IMG/VR virus record: IMGVR_UViG_3300030012_003600
From: an uncultured virus (IMG/VR IMGVR_UViG_3300030012_003600)
Lineage: Duplodnaviria; Heunggongvirae; Uroviricota; Caudoviricetes
Reading direction: 5' to 3' (one strand)
Length of the DNA: 64,000 nucleotides
Shown one piece after another: positions 9,501 through 20,248 of the stretch. The position numbers were made by a program, and so were the translations under genes. The stretch's first letter is position 1; each line of letters starts with the position of its first letter. Below the pieces are notes generated by a model. The model ran no database searches. It had not been told where the DNA came from and saw only the letters and a program-made list of their open reading frames with translations.

Positions 9501-12500
9501 AAAGAAAATAATAATTCATTTAAGTTGTCTCAAGTTGGAGTAACTTCTGATAAACAATTTTATTATAGAACTAAGCAATATTTAAATCTTACATCAGTAG
9601 GTGTAGGAACTCATGTATTTAATTACCCTGATATTACTGTTACTTTAAAAGGTGAGGTTGGAATTTCATCAATTGGATTGGAAACATTTGAAGCATCAAT
9701 CATACCTGTTTTTAGAGGTTCAGTAACATCCGTACACCTCGAAAATAACGGTGTTGGATATGGATCTTCCGAAATTTTGAATCTTGATCATCAACCACAA
9801 ATTACAATAAATTCAGGTTCTAATTGTCAATTAAAACCAATTATTGAGAATGGTAGAATTGTTCAAGTAATCGTGCAAAATTCTGGAAGTGGATATAATT
9901 CTCCACCAGATGTTGACGTTATAGGTGATGGATTAGGTGCAGTAATTACTTTGAACATAATCAATGGATCTGTATCATCAGTTAACATAATTGAAAAAGG
10001 TGCTGGTTATTTGCAAGACACAACCTCAATTATCATAACACCATCTGGAAATACTAATCCCCCAAAATTTAAATCTAATCTTAAAACTTGGAGAGTAAAC
10101 TTATTTGAAAAATATCTTCAATATTTTGAAAGTGATGATGGTTTTATAACTGATTCAAGAGTTTCCTCTAACGAATTACAATACACTCATTTGTATGCAC
10201 CTCGAAAATTAAGAGAAAATATTTTCGCGGTTGACCAAGACGGAAATAAATTGTACGGTGAATCTGATTTAAGACAAGTTAATGGTATTGAACAGTCTTC
10301 AATAAAACACTCTCCAATTATTGGATTTGCTTACGATGGTAATCCAATATACGGACCATATGGATATTCATCAAAATCTGGTGGTACAATTACACAATTA
10401 AAATCTGGTTATAAACTAGATATTAAATCAAACAGACCACCTACCTCTATTTTTCCAGAAGGATTTTTTGTTGAGGATTTTACTCATTTTGAGGTAAGTG
10501 GCGATGATGTCCTTGATTCAAATAATGGAAGATTTTGTGTTACTCCAGAATATCCAAATGGAACATATGCTTATTTTACCACTATCAATTCAGCATCTGA
10601 TAATTCAGGAGTATTTGAAAAATATAAAAAACCAGTATTCCCATATTTGATTGGTAATAATTATCAGTCCATTCCCGATGAATATAATTTTAAAAATGAT
10701 TCATTGCAGGAAAAATTAAATTCTGATGATTGGAGAAGAAACACATATCCATATAATATTATTGAAGAAGATTTAGAATACTCTTACATTGATGTTCCAA
10801 ATAAATTAAAACAATCTGCAAAAATTAATTCTGTTCAACCAGGAACAATCAATTTGATTGGAATTTCTAGTGCTGGTGTTGATTATAGAATAGGAGATAA
10901 AGTTGTATTTGATAACTCAAATACTAAAGGAGAAGGTATATCTGCAAAAGTATCTCATTTGAAAGGCAGAACTGTTAATACAGTTAGTGTTGCAACAAGC
11001 ACTCTCTCAAATGTTGAAATTTACTCCGGTGACGTTAACGGTGAATATATTATCTATAATGAAAAACCTCATAATTTTTTAAATTTCAACGTAGTTACCA
11101 TTGCGGGTCTATCAACTACCTCTTCAAAAATTGAAGGTACTTACAAAGCAGGTATAACAACTAATAGACTGTCTATCGTAGGAACAGGAACCACTGGTGT
11201 TGCGATCGGAACAGTTGGTGTTACTGGTCTTGTCACCTTCTTTGGTGTATCTGGTGATCTTTCTTTCTCTAAAGTTAGAGACAATGATATTTTGACTATT
11301 GGTGAAGAAAAAGTTCAAGTTCTTAATGTTGACGCAAAATCGTCAAGAATTAGAGTTCTTAGAGAGGTTGAAGGAACAACTGGTACATCTCATACTATTG
11401 GCAAGTATATTTTTGAAGATCCACGAAAACTTATTATCAATGCTGGATTTAAAACCGATTACAATTTTAGAATAAATAAACAAATTTATTTTAATCCAGA
11501 GGTTATTGGACTTGGAACTATTTCAGGTGTAGGTATTGGAACAACAATTTCATTCTCCAATCCAGGTGCTGGTTTAACAAGTATTTTCATTCCATCTAAA
11601 ACAATATTCATTGAAAATCATGATCTTAAAACTGGTGATGAATTAACTTACTCTCCAGGAGCTGGTGGTAGTGGTATTATTGTTGAGGACTCTACAAATG
11701 TTGGAGTTGGTGCTACTTTAACTGATGGTCAAAAAGTATTCGTAGCTAAGATTGACGATAATTTAATTGGTATTGCTACAGTTAGAGTAGGTTTAGGCAC
11801 AACTGGAACATTTGTTGGAATTGCTAGTACTCATAGGTCTGCAACCACACTTTTCTTTAGAAGTGTTGGATCTGGAACTACTCATAGTTTTAAAACAAAT
11901 CATACTGTGCTCACTGGTGAAGTAAGAAGAAACTTAGTAACAATATCAGCAGCATCAACTCATGGATTGAGTTCCCCGCATAATATTTCTATTAGTGTAA
12001 GTCCAAATAATACAATTACTAAAACATTAAAGTATAATGATTTTAATAGAAGAGTAATTGTTGATCCTGTTGGATTTACAACAGTGGGAGTAAACACAAC
12101 TAACAATACAATCAGTGTTGCATCTCATGGTTTTATTACAGGTGACAAGATTATTCATACATCATCAGCACCTACTCAAGGACTTGTTGATCAAAAAATT
12201 TATTATATTATAAAGGTTGATAATAATACAATTAAACTTGCTAATACTAAGCATGATGCCACAATAGAAAAACCTAATACAGTTGGTCTTTCTAGTGCAT
12301 CATTTGGAACAATAAATCCAATTAATCCATCTTTAAAAGTATATAAAAACTCAACGGTAGAATTTGATCTATCAGATTCTTCTCTTGGATATACTGTTCA
12401 AGGTAAACAATATCCTGCCTTTGAATTTAATCTTTACACTGATAAGAACTTTACTAAAATATTCAACAAATCTAACACAAATAATATTTTTGAGTTGACA

Positions 12501-15500
12501 AAAACTGGAAATGTTGGAAGTGCTGGTGCTAAAGCAACTCTCACAGTTAATGAAAATCTCCCTAATATTTTGTATTATAAACTTGATGTTATTAAAGAGT
12601 CGAGTACACCTAACTCAAAAACAAGTATTATAGTTGATGAAGAGGCAAATTCTAACAATGAAATTAATTGTAGATTTAGTGAGTATAATGGAACGTACTC
12701 CATTAATGTAGGAACCACAACTACATTTACTTACACTTTAGAAGATACTCCAGAAAGCACAAGTTATACTTCACCAACATCTACTATTGAGTATGAAACT
12801 GACTGTACACATACTTATGGTCCTATTGCAAAAGTAGCTGTTGAGACTCCCGGCAAAAATTATTATTCATTACCTGGAATTACTACTGTTATAACTGCTG
12901 CGGGCAAAAATGCTATTTTATTTACAAGTAGCAATGATATTGGTAAGGTTAAAAATATTGATATTAATAATATCGATAATTATAAATTACCTTCGGATAA
13001 AACTTTATCACCAACTGCTAGATATCCACAAATTCTCAAAATAGATCGTTTATCTCAAATTGATTCTGTAGCAATTAGTTCTTTTGGTAGAGGATATCAA
13101 ATAGCACCTAAACTTATTGTTATTGATGGTAAAACAAATAATGTTGTAAATGATATTGATTTAAGGTTTGCAAATAATAAAATTGATATCCTTAAGAATA
13201 CAAATGGGATAAGTAATGCAACTCCTACTATTATTCCAACTCAAACAGACTCTGGAGTCGGAATCAATACTATTGTTTATGATAGTTCAAGTGGCAACGT
13301 TGACGTAACACTATCTGTAGGTTTTAGCACCGTTAATTCCTTCCCATTTAAAGTTGGTGATAAAGTATTAGTTGAAAATGTCAGCGTTGGTCTTGGTTCA
13401 ACAGGTAAAGGGTTTGATTCTGCAAACTATAATTATAAACTGTTTACTTTAACTGCTGTTACCGAAAACCTTGGTGGCATTGGATCTGTTAGATACAATA
13501 TTTCAGATTCACTAACTGGTTCTGAATTCCCAGGAACATTCGATAAGGTCAATTCGTCTGGAAGAATAACTGCTGAGAAAAATTTCGCAATTTTCGATGT
13601 TAAATTAAAAACAAACAATTATATTTTAGGAGAAACAGTTTCCTCTGGATCTAAAGTTGGTGTAGTGGATGATTGGGATCCTAAAATTGATACTTTAACT
13701 ATTTCATCCGATGATGTATTTGACACCTCTGATATAATAAAAGGTAATACATCAAATATTTCGGGAATAGCAACATCTGTTGAATCATTCGATATTAATA
13801 CCGAAGTAAATTCAAGTGTCAAAACAATTAAAGGAAGACAGACTGACTCTGGTGTTCTTAACTTTGATTTGCAAAGAATTCAAGATAGTTTTTACTATCA
13901 AAACTTTTCATATTCTTTGAAATCAAAAGTTGATTTTGATACTTGGAATGATCCTGTTTCTACAACAAATCATACTTTAGGATTTAGAAAGTTTGCAGAT
14001 TATCAATTAGAATCAAATAACAGTAATAACATGACAGTTGGAGTTTCAACTGATCTTACTAATCTTACTCTTATTAAAGATGTTGATAGTTTTGTAAGTT
14101 TGAATTGTGTATTTGATTTTGATCTTGTTAAAGAGAACAATTTCAATTTAAACAACAAATTAGTATCTGATGAGATAATTTTTTCAAATCGTATTCTATC
14201 TGATTTCTTTGAATCAGTTGGTAATAGAGTTCTATCAATTGATGATGTATCAAGTCAATTTAATAGCAATCCAAGACCAACTACTTTTAGTGTAATCAAT
14301 TCATTTAACACTAATGAGATTCGTTCTCAAAAATATATTACACTTGTCGGAGATAAAAGATTTACAGCACAAAGGCAACTTCTTCTTATTGATCTAATTC
14401 ATGATGGATCTAGAGGCTATATTAATCAATATGGTAGAGTTGAATCTCAATACGATCAAGGATCATTTGATTTTGCAATTGCATCTGGGCAAGGTCAATT
14501 AAGATTCTTCCCAACTAAGTTCAAAGTGAATGATTATAATGTCGTTGCACTTTCTTATAATCTGGATGATGTATTTGCTGGAGTAGGAACGACATCTTTG
14601 GGTGGTGTTGCTTTAATTGAGTCAACAAGTTCTCCTATCACTGCTGGTGTTACGACCAACATTGTTTCTATTGCTAGCACATATACTAGTGCAAAAGTAT
14701 TAGTTCAAATAAATCCAGATACTTCAAGCAATGAGGAATTTGAAACAATTGAACTTAATATTGTTCATGATGGATCAAACGTCGAATTATTAGATTATGG
14801 AAGACTTTCAACTGGATTAGCAGCATACTCCGAAGTTGGATTAGGAACTTATCATGCTTATATTGATGGTTCAGATCTTAAAGTAGATTTTGTTCCAGCA
14901 TCAACGGGTATTGGAACGACTGGGGTTATTAACACAATTCAAGTTGGTTTAGCAAGTGATACTTTTACTGGAATTGGAACTGCTGACTTAACAAATTCAC
15001 GTATAAAGGCGGAAACAACATCTATTTCATCTTCTGCTACTCCTGGTATAAACACTATTTCACAATTTGATGGTGCTTTTGATGGAGGTTACTTCTTAGT
15101 TCAAGTTGTTGATACTACAAATGATAACTATCAATTATCTGAAATTGTATTACTTGACGACTATACCACCGATACAACCGTTGATTCAGACACATACATG
15201 ACTGAATATGGTGTCATTGAAACTTCGACGGCATCTGGTTTTGGAACATTTGGTTCCAGAGTATCTTCTGCAGGCACTGTTTCTCTTGTATACACTCCAC
15301 CTGCAAGTGTCAATACTGTTGTTAATGTATATTCAAACAATCTTAATTTAATTGAAGATGAGGATAAATCTGAAGAAATTGATTTCACTAATGGTTCTAT
15401 TAATAATTCATTAGGTGCTTATCAAGGAACTGAGAGTGATATTAAGAGAGAATTTGAACTTAAGCACGAAAATTTACAAGTCTTTGAAAGATACTTTGAA

Positions 15501-18500
15501 GGTAACGATAGTTCGATTGTAAGTATTACAAACAATACAATTAAAATCCCTAATCACTTCTTTGTCAGTGGTGAAAAAATTAGGTACGTTCATGTTGGAT
15601 TAACCACATCCGCTGTTGGTATTGCAACCACTAGTTTTGTAGGAGCATCTTCTACGACATTCTTACCAGGTGAAAATCTCTATGCAGTTAAAGTGGATGA
15701 CAACAATATTAAGATTGCATCAAGTGCCGAAAATGCATTGAAGTCAATTCCACAGGTTGTTGAACTTGAAAGTGTTGGTATTGGAACCTCACATAGATTT
15801 ATTGCTACAAATCAAAACGCAAAAGTAATTGTTGCAATTGATAATCTTATTCAATCACCTGTTGTTTCTACAGCAGTAACCACAACATTAGCAGATTCAG
15901 TCACCATTGCAGATAATATATTAAAATTTAGTGGCATTACATCGTTCTTCGGATCCGATATAATTCAAATCGGAAATGAAATTATGAAAATTGAGGGTGT
16001 TGGCATCGGCAGCACTAATTTGATAAGAGTTAGAAGACCTTGGTTAGGAACTAAATTATCAGGATTTAGCACTGGTGCTTTGGTAACCAAAATTGTTGGT
16101 AATTACAATATTGTAGATAATCATCTTAATTTTGTTGAGGCACCTTTTGGTAATACTCCAATTGGATCATCAACAAATGCACCTGATGAACGTGATTGGA
16201 CTGGTATTACAACTAGTTCTAGTTTCCAAGGAAGATCCTTCATTAGATCTGGTATTACAAATTCCTCTGACGAAACATATCATAAAAATTATATCTTTGA
16301 CGATATTTCTCAAGGATTTAATGGAACTCAAAATGAATTTAGACTATATCAAAATAATACTGATGTAACCGGTATTTCAACAGAAAATGCAATTGTTCTT
16401 GTTAATGATGTATTCCAAACACCTGGTTCTAATAATCAATACACTTTAAATGAGTCAGCAGGAATTACCTCAATAACATTTAATGGAACTGAAACAGACC
16501 CATTAGGATCAGATGTTGGTATTTCTAGTTTCCCTAAAGGTGGTATTATTGTTTCTGTTGGTTCTACTGAAGGATTAGGATATCAACCTCTTGTTGCTGC
16601 AGGAGGAACTGCTGTTGTATCTGGACTTGGTACAATTCAATCAATTTCTATTGGTAATAGTGGATCTGGTTACAGGTCTGGTATTCAAACTGTAAATGTT
16701 GGTGTAGGTCTTTCTGCGACTGGAACACCAAGTATTGAGTTTATTGGAACTGCAGTTGTCAATAATGGCAACATTGTAAGTGTGGATATCACAAATCCAG
16801 GAACTGGATATACAACAACAAATGTCCCTTACGTTGTATTTGATCAACCACTTTCTTATTCTAACCTTACACTTGAATATTCATCTTCCTCAGTTTCTGG
16901 TGTAGGCACTGAGGCAAAGATTGATATTGTTGTTGGTCAGGGTTCAAGTGTAATTGATTTTGAAATCACAAATACTGGTTATGGATTTGGTAATGGTGAA
17001 ATCTTGACTGTTGCAATAGGTGGAACTACCGGTATTCCAACCACATCTTCTTACAGTGGAAATGAATTCCAAATCACTATTGATGAAGTTGCAACAGATG
17101 AATTCACAGGATGGTCTTTAGGAACACTTCAGGTGATGGATGATGTAAGTGAATTCATAAATGGAGTAAGAAGAAACTTTAATCTTCTTCAAAATGGATC
17201 TGCAGTGTCAATTGTTGCTGCCAAGGGATCTAAAATTAATGTTCAAGATGTTCTCTTGATATTTGTAAATAATATTTTACAAGTTCCAGGAGAGGGTTAC
17301 ACTTTTGATGGTGGAAATTTTGTAACCTTCACTGAAGCACCTAAGATAGGTGATAAAGTTCAAATACTCTTCTATAAAGGAAGTGGTGATACTGATGTTG
17401 AATTTAAAGAAGTTATTGAAACTGTCAAAAAAGGAGACACTCTTCAGATTAAACATGATTCTGCAACTCAGAATTCTTTCCTGACTGAGGATGAAAGATC
17501 TGTTACTTTAATTAATTCCACAAGTAGTGTTCAAACTAATCCTTATTATGGACCAGGTAATACATCAAACGTTGATCTTGAGAGACCCGTTACATGGTGT
17601 AGACAAACTGAAGATAAAATTATTGATGAAATCCCTGTTGGAAAAGATAGGGAACTCTATGAACCAGTAATTAATCCAAGTGCATATATTATTAAGTCTG
17701 TGGGAGTTGGTTCCACTGCAATTTATGTTGATAATTTAAGACCTATCTTTAACTCTCAAAATGAAGCAACTGATTTAACCTTCCAGAATAAGATTAAATT
17801 TGTCAGACAAGAGGCAAAAGTATCTGCTTCTGCAACTGCTGTTGTTTCTGGATTAGGAACTATTTCTTCAATCGTAATATCTGACGGTGGGGTGGGTTAC
17901 ACAACAGCAACCGTAAGTATTGCATCTACTATAGGTGTTGCTACAATTACTAGTGCATTTGGTTCTGTATCAATAAGTGCAGGAGGAACTGTTACTGGGG
18001 TCGCAATTACAAGTCCTGGTGTTGGATATACTAATACTAATCCTCCTGCAGTTCTTATTTCACCACCAGCATATACTGAAGAAGAAGTATCTGTAAATTC
18101 TTTTGCAGGTGATCTTGGTGTTATTGTTGGATTTGGCACTACAAATGTCGGTGTTGGCACAACATCATTAATATTTGATCTTCACATTCCATATAATTCA
18201 TTCTTGAGAGATACTAATATTGCTGGAACAGCAGTAACAATAAGTTCTCTTAATGCAAACGATTTGTTTATCGTGAAAAACTCTAACATTGGTGCAGGTG
18301 AAACATCCATCACATCCTTTGACTCTGGGGGCAACATAGTTGGTGTAGGAACATCTTTTGCGGATAATGTTTATGCAGTTAGAACTGCAGTATCCATATC
18401 AACAAGTGTTCAAGGTATTACTACACATGTAAGAAGAGTTACGGTAGATGTTGACCAATTCATTACCTCTGGAATTACGACATCAGAATTCTTTGGTGAT

Positions 18501-18656
18501 TATAGTTTTGGTAAGATTGAAGTATCTAGAACTAAAGAAAATTCATACACTGCGTATACAACGTCTGGTGTTGGAATAACTAATGGTGTGGGCATTTCAA
18601 CTTCACCAATGATCGTAAGATCCAAATCATTGAAGTTTAAAAATTACTCGGTCTAA
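6543..18656 (+). CDS. gp7: giant baseplate wedge initiator gp7-like protein, 4037 aa
   Basis: Between gp6 and gp8; QLPAYVREDFP, KDFYLTKGT..SFEILFKALYN, IQDSFYYQNFSYSLKS motifs; many beta-rich repeats and a YHYH-like domain. Confidence 0.85.
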   Translation: MSENRVQFNTIVSNQLPAYVREDFPLVESFLESYYRGQEYQGGPIDLIQNIDKYTKVDNTTNLSSEIILDGDIDFDDTTINVSTSKSPTGTDGFPDSYGLIQIDDEIITYTGKTNFSFTGCIRGFAGITSYRSEIFADEVVFNTTSAEDHDSGATIKNLSVLFLKDFLVKTKHQILPGFEERSLDSDLNQKLFLKQSKDFYLTKGTDRSFEILFKALYNENVEVIKPRENLVTPSNANFSVLNEMVVEPISGNPLELENATLYQDQYDDIIEKAYAPISSVEKVDVGFGQTFYRLTFDGGYNRDIGVDGSAYGEFKVEPTTKIIGQVSAGATVLDVDSTVGFSTDGDLYVVYSDKTNGVLSYTSKSLTQFFGVSNVSKTITDASTVGVNTFAYASTFDGGNVRVRINSVINKINVPSNTKGHKKGEIINITSLGISENNKKTNNWIYNLAPNYKVKDIQLIDSSNFTYEITLNVENIFNGGDTATLMVSDGRKLTTTIIDVKTEKSFTIRGQGQLNTNSTFEIQRNISKTKSNFFPSANIFSTDIQNVYKSVNGNDYLVASPSIPSYKGQPLNTNSREIKFTGIFNGTEFIISPGKDHGLYTGDKVYYAAERVSESFIDEFGNSATRLVRGTGLFDDGEYFIERVNSFTVRFAKSKNNIFNSKYVNVDTVTTVNNSVVIPFEFYSKNLKPQNILRKISDPSDDGSINETKPGTTGILVNGVEILNYKSKQQIKYGSIESIEVTSPGSDLDIINPPELVISDSVGTGATGYLAINGSLQEILIKNSGFDYLNTPTIKIDGGNGNGATASVNMKLIDHESEFFADNASEQVIIGTASTQSRIGFSTYHKFKNAEEVIYRSNNQEGIAGIVTNAQYYVSTIDDVTVSLHPTQNDAILGINTVFLTSFGVGKHSLKSTSKKSVIDSINVNDRGLGYQNKKRTASATSGVSTASNTINISNHDYNSGELVRYTCVGTPISGLSVDTDYYITKENNNSFKLSQVGVTSDKQFYYRTKQYLNLTSVGVGTHVFNYPDITVTLKGEVGISSIGLETFEASIIPVFRGSVTSVHLENNGVGYGSSEILNLDHQPQITINSGSNCQLKPIIENGRIVQVIVQNSGSGYNSPPDVDVIGDGLGAVITLNIINGSVSSVNIIEKGAGYLQDTTSIIITPSGNTNPPKFKSNLKTWRVNLFEKYLQYFESDDGFITDSRVSSNELQYTHLYAPRKLRENIFAVDQDGNKLYGESDLRQVNGIEQSSIKHSPIIGFAYDGNPIYGPYGYSSKSGGTITQLKSGYKLDIKSNRPPTSIFPEGFFVEDFTHFEVSGDDVLDSNNGRFCVTPEYPNGTYAYFTTINSASDNSGVFEKYKKPVFPYLIGNNYQSIPDEYNFKNDSLQEKLNSDDWRRNTYPYNIIEEDLEYSYIDVPNKLKQSAKINSVQPGTINLIGISSAGVDYRIGDKVVFDNSNTKGEGISAKVSHLKGRTVNTVSVATSTLSNVEIYSGDVNGEYIIYNEKPHNFLNFNVVTIAGLSTTSSKIEGTYKAGITTNRLSIVGTGTTGVAIGTVGVTGLVTFFGVSGDLSFSKVRDNDILTIGEEKVQVLNVDAKSSRIRVLREVEGTTGTSHTIGKYIFEDPRKLIINAGFKTDYNFRINKQIYFNPEVIGLGTISGVGIGTTISFSNPGAGLTSIFIPSKTIFIENHDLKTGDELTYSPGAGGSGIIVEDSTNVGVGATLTDGQKVFVAKIDDNLIGIATVRVGLGTTGTFVGIASTHRSATTLFFRSVGSGTTHSFKTNHTVLTGEVRRNLVTISAASTHGLSSPHNISISVSPNNTITKTLKYNDFNRRVIVDPVGFTTVGVNTTNNTISVASHGFITGDKIIHTSSAPTQGLVDQKIYYIIKVDNNTIKLANTKHDATIEKPNTVGLSSASFGTINPINPSLKVYKNSTVEFDLSDSSLGYTVQGKQYPAFEFNLYTDKNFTKIFNKSNTNNIFELTKTGNVGSAGAKATLTVNENLPNILYYKLDVIKESSTPNSKTSIIVDEEANSNNEINCRFSEYNGTYSINVGTTTTFTYTLEDTPESTSYTSPTSTIEYETDCTHTYGPIAKVAVETPGKNYYSLPGITTVITAAGKNAILFTSSNDIGKVKNIDINNIDNYKLPSDKTLSPTARYPQILKIDRLSQIDSVAISSFGRGYQIAPKLIVIDGKTNNVVNDIDLRFANNKIDILKNTNGISNATPTIIPTQTDSGVGINTIVYDSSSGNVDVTLSVGFSTVNSFPFKVGDKVLVENVSVGLGSTGKGFDSANYNYKLFTLTAVTENLGGIGSVRYNISDSLTGSEFPGTFDKVNSSGRITAEKNFAIFDVKLKTNNYILGETVSSGSKVGVVDDWDPKIDTLTISSDDVFDTSDIIKGNTSNISGIATSVESFDINTEVNSSVKTIKGRQTDSGVLNFDLQRIQDSFYYQNFSYSLKSKVDFDTWNDPVSTTNHTLGFRKFADYQLESNNSNNMTVGVSTDLTNLTLIKDVDSFVSLNCVFDFDLVKENNFNLNNKLVSDEIIFSNRILSDFFESVGNRVLSIDDVSSQFNSNPRPTTFSVINSFNTNEIRSQKYITLVGDKRFTAQRQLLLIDLIHDGSRGYINQYGRVESQYDQGSFDFAIASGQGQLRFFPTKFKVNDYNVVALSYNLDDVFAGVGTTSLGGVALIESTSSPITAGVTTNIVSIASTYTSAKVLVQINPDTSSNEEFETIELNIVHDGSNVELLDYGRLSTGLAAYSEVGLGTYHAYIDGSDLKVDFVPASTGIGTTGVINTIQVGLASDTFTGIGTADLTNSRIKAETTSISSSATPGINTISQFDGAFDGGYFLVQVVDTTNDNYQLSEIVLLDDYTTDTTVDSDTYMTEYGVIETSTASGFGTFGSRVSSAGTVSLVYTPPASVNTVVNVYSNNLNLIEDEDKSEEIDFTNGSINNSLGAYQGTESDIKREFELKHENLQVFERYFEGNDSSIVSITNNTIKIPNHFFVSGEKIRYVHVGLTTSAVGIATTSFVGASSTTFLPGENLYAVKVDDNNIKIASSAENALKSIPQVVELESVGIGTSHRFIATNQNAKVIVAIDNLIQSPVVSTAVTTTLADSVTIADNILKFSGITSFFGSDIIQIGNEIMKIEGVGIGSTNLIRVRRPWLGTKLSGFSTGALVTKIVGNYNIVDNHLNFVEAPFGNTPIGSSTNAPDERDWTGITTSSSFQGRSFIRSGITNSSDETYHKNYIFDDISQGFNGTQNEFRLYQNNTDVTGISTENAIVLVNDVFQTPGSNNQYTLNESAGITSITFNGTETDPLGSDVGISSFPKGGIIVSVGSTEGLGYQPLVAAGGTAVVSGLGTIQSISIGNSGSGYRSGIQTVNVGVGLSATGTPSIEFIGTAVVNNGNIVSVDITNPGTGYTTTNVPYVVFDQPLSYSNLTLEYSSSSVSGVGTEAKIDIVVGQGSSVIDFEITNTGYGFGNGEILTVAIGGTTGIPTTSSYSGNEFQITIDEVATDEFTGWSLGTLQVMDDVSEFINGVRRNFNLLQNGSAVSIVAAKGSKINVQDVLLIFVNNILQVPGEGYTFDGGNFVTFTEAPKIGDKVQILFYKGSGDTDVEFKEVIETVKKGDTLQIKHDSATQNSFLTEDERSVTLINSTSSVQTNPYYGPGNTSNVDLERPVTWCRQTEDKIIDEIPVGKDRELYEPVINPSAYIIKSVGVGSTAIYVDNLRPIFNSQNEATDLTFQNKIKFVRQEAKVSASATAVVSGLGTISSIVISDGGVGYTTATVSIASTIGVATITSAFGSVSISAGGTVTGVAITSPGVGYTNTNPPAVLISPPAYTEEEVSVNSFAGDLGVIVGFGTTNVGVGTTSLIFDLHIPYNSFLRDTNIAGTAVTISSLNANDLFIVKNSNIGAGETSITSFDSGGNIVGVGTSFADNVYAVRTAVSISTSVQGITTHVRRVTVDVDQFITSGITTSEFFGDYSFGKIEVSRTKENSYTAYTTSGVGITNGVGISTSPMIVRSKSLKFKNYSV

Positions 18657-18661
18657 TTACT

Positions 18662-18669
18662 AATAAATA
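18662..18669 (+). promoter_or_regulatory. late promoter
   Basis: AATAAATA upstream of gp8. Confidence 0.6.
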
Positions 18670-18688
18670 GATAAAAAATCTCTGTCAA

Positions 18689-20242
18689 ATGGCTGCCATT
18701 ATAACGGACCAGATTAGGATATTAAATGCAAAAAACTTTGTTGCTGGAGTAGAGAACTCCAGCAATTCTTACTATTCATTTATTGGTCTTCCTAATCCAT
18801 CTGATTTTCAAAGTGATTGGGATAGTGATCCTCCTGCACCAAAAGATAATTTTGATCAGGAGAATGATTATTGGGACACAATGATCGCCCTGAAGAAAAT
18901 TAACAGTGCTGACGTTAGGCAGGTTGTTCCTAAGAGAACTTGGTCTTCTGGAACCTCATATGACATGTATCGTCATGATTATAGCAGAACAAATACTGCT
19001 AAAATTTCTGGATCTACAACTCTTTATTTGTCAAATTATTTTGTATTAAATAGTGATTTCAGAGTTTATATTTGTCTTCAAAACGGTACGGATCCTGACA
19101 ATCCAAATGGCAGACCTTCTCTCGACGAACCAACTTTTACTGATTTAGAACCAAGATCTGCTGGTAATAGTGGTGATGGTTATTTGTGGAAATATTTGTT
19201 TACTATCAAACCCAGTGATGTTGTTAAGTTTGAGTCCACTGATTATCTTCCAGTTCCTAAAGATTGGAGCACAGCAACCGATAATGCTGCAGTGAGAGAT
19301 AATGCCGTTGATGGAAGTATCAAAATTGTTACTGTTACTAATAAGGGAGTCGGATTAGGAACTGCTAGTAGAACTTATACTTCTGTTCCCATTAAAGGAG
19401 ATGGATCAGGTGCTCAATGTACTATTTCTATTGACGCCAATTCTCAAGTAAGTTCAGTTGTAGTATCGAATCAGGGTTCTGGATATTCTTATGGAAGTGT
19501 TGATTTAATTGCCGGTGGTGTGCCAACAGGAACGACTAGACCTACATTTGATGTAATAATGTCTCCACAAGGTGGTCACGGTGCTGACATTTACAGAGAA
19601 CTTGGTGCATATAATGTCTTGATGTATTCAAGAATTGAAAATGATAATCAAAATCCAGATTTTATTACAGGAAATGAAATTGCAAGAATAGGTATTGTTG
19701 AAAATCCTGAACAATTTGGATCAACATCATTACTCTCTGCAGATAAAGCAAGTGCAACAGGTGCTCTTAAACTTGTTGGAACTGGATATAGCACTGCAAC
19801 TTTTACAGCAGACTCTTATTTTACACAAACGATTTCCACTGGCACTACTGCTGTTGCAAGAGTAATAAGTTATAATCAAACAACAGGTGTTCTGAAATAT
19901 TGGCAAGACAGGTCAGTTGCAGGATTTAATACGGTTGGAACTGCAAACACACAACCTACTTATGGATTTGAATTACAAGATTTTACTGCTTTTCCAGGAA
20001 CTGGAGGATCATTAACAATTGTTCCTTCATCAGGACAAAATTTGACCATTGACGATTCTTTCTCAGGTATTTCTACCGTAATAAATAATCGTACATACTA
20101 TCTTGGTCAAAGTTTTAGTAGTGGTCTTGCAGATCCAGAGGTCAAAAAACATTCTGGAAATATTATTTACGTTGACAATCGACCATCAATTACAAGGTCA
20201 GTGAACCAAAAGGAAGACATAAAAGTTATTTTGCAGTTCTAA
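18689..20242 (+). CDS. gp8: baseplate wedge subunit gp8
   Basis: MAAIITDQIRILNAKNF, YDMYRHDYS, DGYLWKYLFTI, SGNIIYVDNR. Confidence 0.9.
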   Translation: MAAIITDQIRILNAKNFVAGVENSSNSYYSFIGLPNPSDFQSDWDSDPPAPKDNFDQENDYWDTMIALKKINSADVRQVVPKRTWSSGTSYDMYRHDYSRTNTAKISGSTTLYLSNYFVLNSDFRVYICLQNGTDPDNPNGRPSLDEPTFTDLEPRSAGNSGDGYLWKYLFTIKPSDVVKFESTDYLPVPKDWSTATDNAAVRDNAVDGSIKIVTVTNKGVGLGTASRTYTSVPIKGDGSGAQCTISIDANSQVSSVVVSNQGSGYSYGSVDLIAGGVPTGTTRPTFDVIMSPQGGHGADIYRELGAYNVLMYSRIENDNQNPDFITGNEIARIGIVENPEQFGSTSLLSADKASATGALKLVGTGYSTATFTADSYFTQTISTGTTAVARVISYNQTTGVLKYWQDRSVAGFNTVGTANTQPTYGFELQDFTAFPGTGGSLTIVPSSGQNLTIDDSFSGISTVINNRTYYLGQSFSSGLADPEVKKHSGNIIYVDNRPSITRSVNQKEDIKVILQF

Positions 20243-20248
20243 AGAATT

